In this document: positions 1 to 13,299 of the stretch, piece by piece
Position numbering within the stretch: the stretch's first letter is position 1
Layout: each line of letters starts with the position of its first letter
DNA from: Cenococcum geophilum
Lineage: Eukaryota
Direction: 5' to 3'
Length of the DNA: 64,000 bases
Assembly (NCBI GenBank): GCA_050273025.1
Contig: CP158635.1
Coordinates: 3,534,001 to 3,598,000, forward strand
The notes under the pieces: model-generated
The model's input: the letters and a program-made list of their open reading frames with translations, nothing else
Databases searched by the model: none
What the model was told of the DNA's origin: nothing
Translations under genes and position numbers: made by a program

Positions 1-1017
1 ACGCATATCGTGCGCAGGTGTATCGCGACCCGACGTTAGATAGGCAGAAGACTTGGATACCGCATACCCCTAAACGTATACCTTGCGCAGGCGCATCGCG
101 ACCCGATGTAACTACGTATATACTACGCATGTGCTACGCAGATAACGTAAGGCTAAAGTATAAAGTCGGCGGTGGATTTAATGGGTATACTGCCCTACTA
201 CTATACGTCTGGCTGTATGCAAATAACCTATAACCTACCCACAAAGTATACACGGCGCTATGCCGGTATAGCGTAAGGCTAAAGTAGGGTTAGCGGCGGA
301 TTTAATAGGTATATAGCCTTACCGTCTATAAATCTGGCTGCATGCGAATAACCTACGACTTACCTATAAGGTATTAGTAACCTGCTTATACAAGTACGCA
401 TCTAGAATTTGGCAGAATTTAGCAGAATTTGGCAGAACTTGGCGGAATCTCTATATACTACGTAGGTATAGTATAAGGCCAAAGTATAGGGTTAGCGGTG
501 GATTTAACGGGCATACTGCCTTACTACTATACGCCTAGCTATATACAAATAACCTATAACTTACCGGTAAAGTATATACCTATCTTTTCGTGCGCAAAAT
601 TAGGACACTCTTTCCCTTTTTAATTTTTCCTTATTAAGGTTTTTTATGGGGTTTTATTAAGGCCTAAGTATGTAAAGGATCGGGGACGACCCTTTTTAAA
701 GGGGGGGGTATTGTTAGGTAAAACCTGAGCATATAGTTATATAGCTGCGAGGTACAGGCGACCCGCAGGCGACTTGCCTGTAAGGCACGTGCGCTACACG
801 TACCTATGGAAACCCCTTACCTCGCACCTCAGACTCCTCCTTCTCCCTTAAGGATTCGTCTCTGTCTATACAATATACCCATTGTTCTATCATTGGACTC
901 CCTATCCATATCCTCACCTTATAATATACGCTACGCTACTACCTATAAGTTACTAGAAGACACGTCCCTTGGCCTATATATACGCCACTATATAATTATA
1001 ATAGGTTTCGCCATATA
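1..1017 (+). mobile_element. 3' end of an LTR retrotransposon (Gypsy-like): 3' UTR repeats, polypurine tract and 3' LTR (712-1017)
   Basis: PPT AAAGGGGGGGG at ~698-708 is followed by TGTTAGG at 712. The LTR ends near GGTTTCGCCATATA (RIP form of ...CACA), an imperfect inverted match to its start. Three diverged copies of a ~90-bp unit lie at ~149-240, ~275-365 and ~475-565. Confidence 0.7.
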
Positions 1018-1099
1018 GCGGCTATATATAGTGTTTAAAACTATTTATAGTTATATTATACTCTTATAATTATTACTAGCATTAAATAGTCTTAGTGTC

Positions 1100-4000
1100 T
1101 TCCTTCTTACCTTAGCCTGCTTTTAAGCTTAAATTAGCCTTCTCCTTATATACCGACTTATGCAGTAACGACGTAAATTTAGTTAACTTTAATATTCTCT
1201 ACTCGATACTCGACTTCTAATTAGCTATAATAGTACTATAGTAAATAGGTTTAGTTTATCCTCGTTAATCTATCTAAGCGAATAGTTACTTTACCTCTAA
1301 GAGCTTATGGCTTAGCTTAACTATAATAGTGTAATTTACGCGCTATAGGTTAATGGACAGCCTAATTAATGCGAAGGTGTAAAGTAGGATCTACTTAGAG
1401 TTATTAGTGTTAAAGGTTTGCCTAGCCTTGGCCTTTTTAATATTAGATATGCCGGCTACATAGTAGAGCACCTTATCTTTACTATATTCTTTATATAGCC
1501 TATTAAACTAATAAGCTAGTATAAGAGGTAAGCGAGTGGTAATAATAATCTTACACGCTGAACTATCCGTTTATTTTTTGATATAAACGTAATTACAGAT
1601 TTTTTTAGCTTAAAAGAACTTTGCATTCTGTTAAAAATAGCGGTTAAGTATATTGGTGAACTCCTTACTAAGCGGGTTAGTAGTTTACTTAGCGATAATT
1701 AGGTCCTTAAGTGTGTAACTTTAAGTTTTTAGGCGTTTATTATCGGACTTATTGGATTTATTAGACTTAATTATAATAGGGGTATACTAGTCCTAGTATT
1801 GGACAACCTAGGCTATGCTTACTGCTATTTTCGCGTTAGTGTATAACTTGGCTTAGGTGAGTTTCGGTATCTTAGGTTTAGTATTTAGATCGCTACTATC
1901 TTCCTCCTATATAGCCAGAAGTTCCTTATATTAGTGCCTTTGCTCTATCCTTACTTGGTCCTTTATAGCTATAATTATAGCCGCCTTAGTATTATTAGGG
2001 TCGGCCTATAATATAACTAATTTAAGATAGCTGTTCTTTAGGATAAGCTTTTACTGGTTAAACTAGAGTGTTAACTCCCCTCTATATATCTAAAACGTTG
2101 GAATAACTATACGGAAAAATGCAGCTAGTTTGCCGAATTTCCTATCTGCTATTACTCTGGCTAGGTTAGTCTTTATATCCTTATAGAGACGGTTAAATTC
2201 CTTCTTCTTTAGCTAGATGTTTTTTTCTTTAAGCTTAAGTAGTACTTTAAACTCTGTTCCCTTTAGCTTATTAGCTTCTTCCCACTCTAGCCTTTTTAAT
2301 CCTGCTATAATAAACCATATTGGTTATATTAGGTTTCCGTTATTAGGTGTGCTAGACGTACCCTATATAGTAGGGCTGCGATTATATATAATGCGGTACT
2401 CCTTAACTATATCCTTAATAAACGATATTAAAACTTTACTGGTTGCGTCTAGGTAGCATTTATCTTAGAGAATACGCCTAACCTATATTACACTCTTTGA
2501 TTTCTGATACGTTCTAGGGGATTAGCCATTTAGGTGTTTCTATATATTGGTTTATATAGCGATAAACCTATATATTAGTCGTGTGGTAATACAATTTCGC
2601 GTAGTAATTAGAAGGAATTAGGTTAAGTATTTTAGCGCTAATAGTTCCGTCGCATTAGGGGTAGGGCTATAATTATTCTTAAACTTGGCTTTACCCTATG
2701 GGTATAATAGGAGAGCCTTGCTAACTAGATATATGTTATTGTTGTTCTTTTATTATTTTTTATTAGTCTACTTAAGAGCCTTACGGATTTGCGGCTATTT
2801 GTCCTTTTTTAGTTTATTAAATATCTTAACTTTATTATAGCTAGGGGCGAGAATTGTAATCTAGGGCAGGTTAGGGCGCTTTATAATTGCGCCGTCTTAT
2901 AATATTATACTCGCGTCCTTTAGGAATCCTGGCAGGCCTAGGGTCGGCGTAAAAATGACTAGGTAGCCTCGCTGTAGGTCTATAGGGTATAGCTTTTTAG
3001 AGTTATCTTCGCAGTAGCATATAATCGGCTGCTTTGCTATCTATAGGCATTTTAAATCTAGCGGATATATCTTAGGTAGGTGGCGGGTTATATCCCTAGT
3101 AGCTTAGGCCTCTTAAACCTTTATTACGTTCTAATAATAAAAGTAGTTTATTAGCTATTAAGTAATTATTTATATAGTCTTGCCCGCGCCGGGTTTGTTT
3201 ATATAGATGCTGCTTTTTTTAATTATCCTCTTTTACTTAAATGCCTAAGTAATATATACTACTTGGTATAGGCTGAATTTAAAGCCTAATACGAGGCCCT
3301 AATTAGGGAGTTCGATTAGGGCGGTTTTAGAAAGTACTTTTAATAAGACGAGTGGGAAATACTTTAGAGTAAGTAGAAGATCCGCCTCTATTATATACGC
3401 TAGTGCGCTATTTAGGTTATCCTTCCTAGCCTTATAGAGCTGGGCTAAGAAAGTTTGCTAGTTAAGTTCTTCCTTTACGTCTACGTCTTAGTTATTATTA
3501 TTAACTAAATCCTTGTTTTGGTTGCTATTATTAACTAAATCCTTATCTTTGTCTCCACTTTTTATATCTTTAGAGTTAGTGTAATATAGGAACTAATTAT
3601 TATATCTACTGGCATGTTGTGGTAATTTACTGTCCTCTACGGTAATATTTTAAGGGATATTAACGGTTAGTGATATAGTAGTAGGGTCGTCTATTATATC
3701 GTTAGGCTAGTGTATACCTTTAGGTTTAGTAATAAATTGCGGCAATTTACCGTTATCTATGGTAATTTCTTTAGTACCGCTGTTACTCGCTAATATGGGC
3801 TTATAGGTAGATAGGTTACGTTTTCCCTTTACTAATTACCTTCTGCGTATAACCAGCTCGTTATTGCTGTTTTTTATAAGAGTGCCTGCTACTAATTCTG
3901 CTTAAGGGCGTTTTCTACTTTTATTTAGGTTGGCCTTATAACTATTTAACTTCCTAGGCGCGGCCGGCTCGCTTTTATTATTCTCCGCTAGGGCACTTAT

Positions 4001-5150
4001 TACCGATTTTAGTTAAGGCTACTTATTATATTTGCCTAATTTAATTTTACTATTATCCAATTTCTTATATCTAATAGGCTCGCCCTTACTATCTTTATTA
4101 GAGCTATATACTGCTAATCCTAAATAACTCTGCTTCTTGCCTTCTCTTAGTTTACTCTTACCGCTGGCCTTACGCGGTATTGGGACTTGCTGGCTATCTT
4201 TTACGCTATATCCATCGCGTCTAGGCGCCTTAGATTTAATAGCTAGCGGTATATTATTAGTGGTAGCGACTTAGAAGTTTAAGCTAGGAGGTAAGAGTAA
4301 TGCTATAAGCACGGCCTCCTTTGTACTATTTTGCGCTATTTCGCTAAGAGCTATAATAAGTGTGCCCTTTAACCGTATTGTAAGGTTTTTGTATCTCCAC
4401 AGCGATATATAGATGTTCTTTTTAGGCGGACTGTTAATGTTAAGCTCTATATAGGCTTATAGTTCCTCCTATAGCTTACCTAAAGCTATATATAGGTTTT
4501 CGCTTATTAGATATAAGACTTAGACTACCCTAACTATTAACCTACCTATTAAGCCTATAGATTAAATTTTAATCTTAATATCTCTTATATTAATTACGTT
4601 GCTCGCCACTAGGGTTACTGGCTGAGGCGAAGGGATACTATATAGTGAGGTTATAGTAACGTCTATAGGCTATATTATATGCAGCAGCTAAGGTGGCGTT
4701 ATCTCGTCTTATGCTTTGGTCTTTAGGGGTAATATATATTTATATAGAGCATACCCACTTTTAGAGGTACTTAGTACCCTTTTTACGCGATTAAAATAAG
4801 TACTTTCTATAATTTTTAGGATTACCTGTAGTTTCTAATCCAGTAAAGTATTAGTAAATTACAGGAGTTACTTATAAAACTCCTTAATATGCCCTTTTTT
4901 TATTATTGTAGAGTTGCCGTGATATGTTATATGCTTAGGCTTAACTTTAATCGCAATATTTTTAACCTTCTCTTTTAGTCTATTATAGTTTTTAATGCTT
5001 ATTTTAAAGCCTTAGGCAATATCTATATCTTTAGTCGGCTTTAGGTTCGCCTTATACCACGCATCCGGCTTTACCTATAGTTGCGTTATTATTAAGTTAC
5101 TTATTTAGTTAGGTATATGTAATATTGCGGCATATATTAAGTAGAAGGTA
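1100..5150 (-). pseudogene. SNF2/SWI2-family helicase-like ATPase, RIP-degraded
   Basis: Reconstructed motifs in correct order on the minus strand: I (D)(E)PGAGKT ~3175-3200; Ia LVIFTP ~2945-2965; II RIL.D(E)C(H) ~2452-2480; III (W)GTS(G)TP ~2345-2370; HelicC IGLSINLQRVN..I..E(P) ~1320-1370; VI Q.FAR.DR.GQ ~1257-1290. N-terminal boundary approximate. Confidence 0.8.
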
Positions 5151-5562
5151 ACTATTAAAGTAGGAGGGCTTTATATGGTAGCTGGCTAGCGCTATACTAG
5201 TATAACTTTAGTGTTAAATATAGTTGGAGGTTAGTTATAGGAGAGATAGAAGGTAGGGTAAGTAAAGTTAATTAAGAAGAGGTAAAGAGGTAGATCTTGT
5301 AATTGCCCGTATGTGCCCGCATAGAGGTAAAATTAGCTATAGTTTGCTGCTACTAGTTAGGGTAAATATGGTTAGACTTAGTACTGTGCAGTTAAATAAG
5401 GGTATAATTATATAACTTATAGGGACTACTCTACCTAGCCTATTTAGGGCTAGGTGGTGGTTTAATACCGCTAAACTCTTATAGTTTTTAATACAAGCGA
5501 TTTATTAAGTGCCTGCGAAGGGGTAATTAGTTATTATAGTATAGTAGACTATAGGAGGTTGT

Positions 5563-5885
5563 GGGCGTTACTATATTTCTTATTATTATATGGAGTTGGT
5601 ATATATGCGCGCCGCTAGAGTTAAAGGGCTAGCCTGCGTCTATATATGCGGGCTTTATTACTGCGAAGTATTTGCTATACAATAGGTAGTATTTCTAGTA
5701 GATAGTAACGTATTGCACTTATTATAGGCGTTACTATATTTCTTATTGTTATATAAAGTTGGTGGATATGCACGCTACTAGAGTTAGAGGGCTAGCCTAT
5801 ATCTATACCTGCGGACTTTATTGCTGCGAAGTGCTTAGTATATAATAGGTAGTACTTCTAGTAGATAGCGATATATTATACTTAC
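5563..5885. repeat. Tandem duplication of a ~164-bp unit (2 copies) between the divergent helicase genes
   Basis: GGCGTTACTATATTTCTTATT...GCACTTA starts at ~5563 and again at ~5727; differences are mostly transitions. Confidence 0.85.
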
Positions 5886-6699
5886 TTTATAATTGCTAGT
5901 ATTATTATTATACTATATAGTACTTAAGGGCCTACTAGATAAGTCTATCCGGAATAATAATTATCTAGTATATAGGATTTATGTCTGTATATAAATATCT
6001 AGTGCTTATTTAAACATATATCTACCGTAAAAGGTAGTAGAAGGTTTTGTATCTTATATTATAAGTTTATATAATTAATAGTATTTTGCAGTATTTTGCG
6101 GCATTTTAGGGCATTTTAGGATAGTAGATATGTTATATATACTAGCATCCAGCCGCTTAGCAACGTTAACTTATCTCGCTATTTATCTATTTAGTGTTAT
6201 ATAAGAGGTTAGTATTCTACTATAGTATTTATTACGTTAGAGTCTTTTAAATTTAATATCTTTATTTAAGATCTGTTTAGAACTATATATAGTTTTATAA
6301 TATCCTGTTTCCCACTTAGTACTCTAGTAAGAGATTATTTAGTTAATAATGCCTTTTCTCTTACTAATTAAGGGAGGAAAAGACTTATACTTTCTAGCAG
6401 TGATAGGCTGTGCTTATTAGTAATATTTTTAATAGATTACAGTGTTTAAGTTTCCGTTTACCTATAACGTAATTAGCCTGCCTATAGTAAAGTGCTTTTA
6501 CTTTACTACTCGCTTCTTTTTTTCCTTACCCTTCTATATATTTATATGCTTATATTATAAACTATAAGAGCTTAATAGTACTGGACTATTACCTGGCCTA
6601 TATTAAGAGATAGGCTAGGTAGGGTAGTCCCTATAACTTATACTATACCGCGTCTTCCTTTATAGGTTGGTTTTGTTACTATAGATTTACCCTTATACG

Positions 6700-9600
6700 C
6701 GTTTGACCTATAGAGTATATAACCGTATACTTTGCCGCTAAGGCCTTACTTATATAATTTTATTAGGGCGCGCCTTATTTCCTTACCTTTACTAGTTAAC
6801 CTAACTCTACTAATTACCTACCCTTACTCCTACCCTACTAGCATTTACCTTTATAACTAGTGCCTTTGTAGATCTATTTAAGCTATAGAGCCTTATAATA
6901 TAGTAAGTCAGCTACCTTATTTTTGGCCTTAGCTATATAATAGAGGGTCTATGTTTACTAATGCGTTTATATAAACTACTGCTTAATATAGCCTGCTACT
7001 AAAATAGACCTACCTACTAATTATTTTATAACTCGCGATATTAACTACGTCTGTGACTATAAAAAGTTTGCTAAGGGTGTTATAGTTTTTAAGATTGCCT
7101 TAACTATGGCGACTATGGGCTTTGGTGTCTTGTAAGGTAATAGTAAGGGCCCTACGCTTAATAAGCCTCTTCTTTTAGAGCTTAGTAGTCTATACCTTTT
7201 GGCTAATAACGCTTTAAAATGCTATTTCTGTCTGTTTACCGGCTATATACGCGCCAATTATCCTCTTAAGAAAGCCTCTTAACTTTATTACGGCTATAAT
7301 AAGGCTGGTTATCTTAAAGCTAACTGCCTTAACCTTATATATAATAATTATAAGGAAGCCGGTTATCTTAAAAGTAATTATCTTAGTGTAATATATAACT
7401 AATATAGTGCTATAGGCTATAGAAAGCGAGACTGTTCCTAGCTATTAGGTAAGAAGAAGTAGACTTGCCTAAACTATAGCTTTCTGAACCATTAAACTGT
7501 CTTTTATAGTTAGGTATATAAGAACTATAGAGTTATAGGGTATAATATTAATAATTATATAAGTAGACCTACTTTAATTTGGGTGATAGATGCTATAACC
7601 GCTCTAGGTAAGATAGATGCACTAAGTGCTGCCGCTTTAAGTATAGCTGCTACCTCTTCATTGCCTAAACCTCTTAATATAGCCGGCTTCTATCCGGTAG
7701 CGGATAGCCTAGTAGATAATCTAGATACCTATATAGAGGATAGTGATTCCGTAATAGCCGAACCTTTAAATGTACTCTAGCTTCTAAATAATAACTATTT
7801 TATAGTTTAGTTTGTTATATAAATTATTAAAGAGTATATTATAGTATATAGTATTATATTCTAGGTGTCTTATAAGACTAGTGGAATGCCTACTTATTGT
7901 TTATATAAGATGGCGTCTATCTAATTTATAGATGCTAATATTACTAGCAATGTTAAGGTTAACACTACTAATGCTACTTCTTTAGTTACTTAATAACTAT
8001 TATATCTAACTATACTTAAGTATCTTACTTGCATTCTCCTACAAGATACTATAACCCTATAACTTTACTATATTAGGTTCGTTGTCGCCTCTAATAAACC
8101 TACACTAGGTACGCGTATGTTGCTTAGTAAGTACTTCTTTATTAATAGGGACTTTAGCCCATTTACGCCGTAAATCTATAAAGCTTAGGATATACTATTA
8201 AATAGTCCTATAGTTGTTGTCTATTTCTTTACACTAGGTACTAAATGGCTTAATAGTTATATCGCAAGCCTAAACATAAGCCTATAATAGCAGAGCGTTA
8301 ATAATCCTTTAGGTTGCTAGTAGAAGAACTATAATATAAATATTTAGCTTAGTATATAGCTTTTAGTAGAGGACCGACTATTATATAAAATCCCCGTAAG
8401 GTATTAGTTTAATAGTGTTCTTAAGTATTTTACGGTCTAGTTCTATGCCGTAGTTGCGAGCCTTAAGGCCGTTAATTAGAACCCCTAGGTACCTACTATT
8501 ATTTATTTTATTACCTTTTTAGGTAGCGCAGACTAAGTCTACTATACTACTATCTAGATAGTTAATGGTCTTATCCTTTATACTAACTTTATCATTAATA
8601 TCTTATTTTTAGGTAAAAATATAGATAGCTAGGCTAGTTAAAAAGGAGTTATTATTAATACCACTCCCTTTAGCTCCGGCTATAACTACTATACTTTTGT
8701 CTTTTAACTATAGGTAGGTTATAAGTTTATACTAAACCCCGTATTTGCTCTGGAGTATATCCTAAGCAGCAACAACTTTATAATAGTTAGTAACCTAAGT
8801 AAGGCCCTAATTACGGCATAGGGTATTAAATGTCTTATAACTGAGCGTATCCCTAAGGTTGGAATCTCTTAAGAGATTAATACTCTATACTACCTATAGT
8901 AAGGAGGTAATAGTTTCTATATTAAGCGCCAAATTGTGCTATCTAATAACTTTATAGATCTCCCGCGTATTAATTACTTTAACTATAATATTACTAAGTA
9001 TAGGAAGAACTTGGTTAATAATGCCCTTAAGGCTGTTTTACCGCTACTTAATAAAGAGTAAATAGGTGCCTATACTGCGCTTAAATATATAATAGGCGGT
9101 ATTTTGCTAATATAAGGCCCCGGTAGTATTAGGAAATTAATCTTTCTAACTGTTTTAGTATAATACTAGTATTAACTTAGGTTACCCTAATAGGATCCTA
9201 CTAAAATCTAGGTCCTATTACCGCTTAATTACTAACTAGATATACTAGCTAAGATAATTAATAATACGCTTATAGAGGACTATAAGGCACTAATTGTATA
9301 AGGCCATCCCGCTAAATTTCCTATTATCCTTCGCCGCTATATATACTTAACGGAAACTAAGGCCTATAAGCAGGATGCCGTTATATAGTAAATAGCGGCA
9401 GGTATTAATACTTATCCTAAGCATTTTAAAGAATAGGATAACTATGCTATAATTAATAAGGATATATCTATACTAAATATAGTATTCCTACTCTACCGTA
9501 TATTTAAGGCTAGTAATGCTACTGGCTTTAATAAGTAGTTATAGGTTATAGATTTGTCTAAAGGTTAGTAGTTATTATACCTTATAGGTGTTTTAAATAG

Positions 9601-11073
9601 TAATAGAAACCTATATTTTATTATAGACCCTAATATAACTAAATACGCTAAATTCTGCCAATACTTATACTGATTTGCGCTTAGTAATAATATAACGTAA
9701 GATAATAAGATGGGATTAATACTTATAGCTAATATAGTTATTATAGACCTAGCTAAGAAGGCTAATGTTATTCTTATAATACCTAATATGGTCTTATAGA
9801 CTTATATATATTCTATTAGCGCTATATATATAGTTTTCTATAATAAGGCCAGGAAGGTATCTAAGCTAGGTAATCTTATTAGGTTCACCTAGAGCAGACC
9901 ATATTTAATCTAAGGAGGTCTATAAATCTAGGCTAGCGACCCCATGCCTTAGGTTTTTCTTAGTAATATATACTAACTAAAACCAATCCTTAGTCCTAAT
10001 TTTAATAATCCGTTCTACTATTAGAAATCTATCTCCCTCTATACGCGTCTCCTTACAGCTAGTGCGGATATAGTATAGTTTTCGCTATAATATTAATTTA
10101 TTAAAGATATTATATGTCTTATAAATGCCATCCTGCCGTATAGCCAGCTTTAGATAAGCCTAATAATTAAGGACTAAGAGTAGTTAAAGCTAGCGGCGAG
10201 CTTTTTTAAGGATATGCTGCGCTATGACCACCCTGTTACCTTTCTTGCCGTTAATGGTACTATATAGGTAAATAAGCTTAGCTAATTAATGTATAACCTG
10301 GTCCACGCTTAACGCGCATTTTAGGTGGCTATAGCGCTAATAGACTTTAAATTTAAGCTATTAGAGGTTAGCCTTACCGTTCTATATATAGCCTAACTTA
10401 TTGTCTACTCCACAGCGCTATATGCGCTTAAAGAATAGTGCTACGCCTAGTAAGATGGTAGTAAGTAGCGGGAATTTGCGCTAGTAGTTAGTAAGATTAA
10501 GGTCTTTACCATTAACGGCATCTAAGGCAGCTAGGTGGAGTTATTAGTATATAATATAATAGTTGCTAGTCCGCTAAAATTTATTTAGGATACAGTAAGA
10601 AACCTTTTTATAATTACTAGACTATAAGCGGGCCTTATTATTATTAGTAGTCTCTAGGTAGTTTATAATTATTATACTAGCAATAAGACCTTTATAAATA
10701 CTGCGTATTATAAAATTAAGAAGTAGTATAAGGATAATAAGGTATTTATTAACCTTAAGAATTTTAAGCGGAAAAAGCACTTCTAGTAACTTATTACCCT
10801 GTTTAACGTTAATGAAACTATATAGTATATTTACCGCTAGCGTATAGCTAATTATACGCCTATTTTATATAGTATGGATATTAACTTTAATATTACTATT
10901 CCTAACTTCGCGGGTGTAATAAATATTAGTAATACTGGTAATTATACTAAAGCGTGGAATGAGGCTAATAGAGAGGGCGCTAATAATAACGGCTGGGGCG
11001 GTGCTAGTGATAATAACAAGGATAACAATAATAGAGAGGATGTTAGTGGTGTTAGAACATAAGGAGGGTGGTA
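6700..11073 (+). pseudogene. Zinc-knuckle (CCHC) plus Upf1-like SF1B helicase, RIP-degraded
   Basis: CX2CX4HX4C-type knuckles ~7285-7390. Reconstructed helicase motifs: Q motif and Walker A LI(Q)GPG(G)(T)(G)K(S) 9107-9139; Ia P.N(H)(Q)LD ~9220; II F.(D)(E)A.K ~9835-9855; III L(G)(D)..(Q)LKP ~9958-9985; SL.TRL ~10033; V TI(D)GI(Q)GS 10508-10531; VI ITR..AGL.I.(G) ~10612-10648. Acidic/Gly tail with GWGG and GGW-stop. Start approximate. Confidence 0.8.
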
Positions 11074-11357
11074 AGGATAGATGTTATAGACTTTATTAGT
11101 AGCAAGACCCTTAAATAGGGATACTAGATAGAAGTTAAGAGCGGCAATAGCTATAGGCCTTTAATATTTACAATTTTGCTATAGTATTAGGTAAAATATG
11201 GCATATTATAATATTATATATTATAGCTAAATAAGATCTCTAAAACAGATAAGCGTATTATAGTAAAGATAGCCCGATTTATAAAGCCTAGTAATCCTAG
11301 TTTTTATCCCTTTTAGGCTAGTAGTTAATTAATACTAATCTGTAATCCAGATTTTAA

Positions 11358-11751
11358 GGGGTTATTTAGTTATAATTTATTACTTTTAAATCTAAACTAA
11401 AAGTCTAGTAGAAAGAACGCGTTCTTTCCCAATTTAATATGTATCTATAGCTCTACGGGTTATATAAATATATATAATTTAAAGCCTTTAGATTTAATCT
11501 AGAGTTTAAATAAAGAGCTTTAAGCTCCTAATTTAAACTAATGCTAAGACCTTAGTTTAGATTCTGTATATAGTAAAGTTACCAACTTTTTAGTAACTTT
11601 TAGCGTGTTTTTTAAAATATTAAAAATTTGTAGCTAAAGTTAAATTAAACTAGAATTTAACCAAATGGTTACCTTAGAATTAGATTAGAGCTTTAGATTA
11701 ACTCTATTCTAAAGCCCTTATTCTAATTTAAACTTATAACCAAACATTCCC
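11358..11751. mobile_element. PIF/Harbinger (Tourist-like) MITE nested in the giant element
   Basis: Imperfect 18-bp TIRs (GGGGTTATTTAGTTATAA / TTATAACCAAACATTCCC) flanked by TAA on both sides (11355-57 and 11752-54); AT-rich non-coding interior. Confidence 0.65.
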
Positions 11752-11799
11752 TAAATACTTAACTAGTTAGATTATAGTCTAGATATCTCACTAATAACC

Positions 11800-13150
11800 G
11801 CAACTATTATTAATAACTCTCTATATAGTATAGGCCGCCTCTATTTTTACTAAACTATAATAACCTTAAATAGGATCTAATCCTTTTCTTATTATAGCTG
11901 CCGCTAAGGCAATGTAACCTAACGCCCTCTCCTGCTTATATTAGGTATACTATTTCTAGTATTAGTATACCGTTACTATATCTTAAGAAACTTGTCGCTA
12001 ATACTATAGGCCCTTAGAATAATACTTATCCTACTATACTAGCTACTAGCTAGTAAAACATAGGACAAATATAATATTTATATAGTTGCCCCTAATAGAA
12101 AAGCCTATAGTAAAGGTAATTTGCTATACTATATTTAGATAACCTAAGATTATATATATAGGTAATAATCTTAAGGCTTTTTAGTACAATAGGAGGTCTT
12201 ACTATAAGGTAAACTTAACTAAAGTTACTATCTTTACGTAGATTAGATTAGCTGTAATTAATTAATGCCTTTTAGCCCGCCTAGTGAAACATATTATACT
12301 AGAGATAGGGCTAGATAAACGTTAGTAATATATTATAATTACAACGGATACCGGTATACTATCTCTATAGATAGCTGTAAATATAATTTAGCCTACCCTA
12401 TAATAAACTGCCCTTAATAGAGCAGCCCTTAAGGCCCTATTGTTTTAGATAGGTATAGTTTTTATATAGGCGGCCTATATCTACTCCTTGTTATAATCTA
12501 CTCCGGCCTCTAAAAACATCTTAACTAGTAGCTAATATTCAACTATACGTAGGTCTTAAGCCGTATTAAATAGCGACACTAGACTTAAGGCTATGTTTAT
12601 ACTTAGGACTAAGTTTATATTATCTAGTTTCCGCTTATAAAGTAGTATAATAAGTTATTTAAGATTATAGCCGTAGTTCTACGTATAGTTAAGCTGGGAT
12701 AAACTCTATAAGTTTGCGGCAGCTATATGCCCCCTTTCCATATCTACTATATAGTTAATACTAGGCCGCCCTAGCACCTTTATCTTCTTGTGTATATTTA
12801 ACTATATATAGGCTAGTATATTCTATATAGCCTTATATACCTATAGCGCTAGTGCCTTCTTATATTCTACTACCTAACAAATAACTTTCTAGATTGCCTA
12901 CTTGCGTAGCAAATTGTTTAGTTATTTATAAAATAAAATATATAAAATGCCGTCCTTAATAATAACCTACTTAAAAGTCCGCTTAATAGTATTAAGTCTC
13001 TCTATAGTAATGCCTAAGCCGGTAATAAGCTGTATATCTTTTTGCGGGTCTATAGCGCTTATAGAGTTGTACTACGCCGTATTTATAGTATACCGCTATT
13101 ATATATCGCGTCCTATTATAAAAAATAGTCTAGTATCCTAAGTAGGAAAT
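11800..13150 (-). pseudogene. Unidentified RIP-degraded ORF inside the giant element
   Basis: Coding-like minus-strand reading (e.g. LLVKMFLEAGVD..KE.I.AAY.KT ~12460-12535) whose stops are consistent with RIP; no family recognised. Confidence 0.35.
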
Positions 13151-13299
13151 AGTAGTGTTTAGAATTCTATACTTAGTATAATAGAAAGGCGGCGCGATAT
13201 TAGTAATAAGTAGAGTCTCCTAGCTTAACGTAACGCGATTTAATATAAATTAGCATAAAATGTAACGGGTTGCGCTATTTAGCGCGTTAGTGTCTACAG

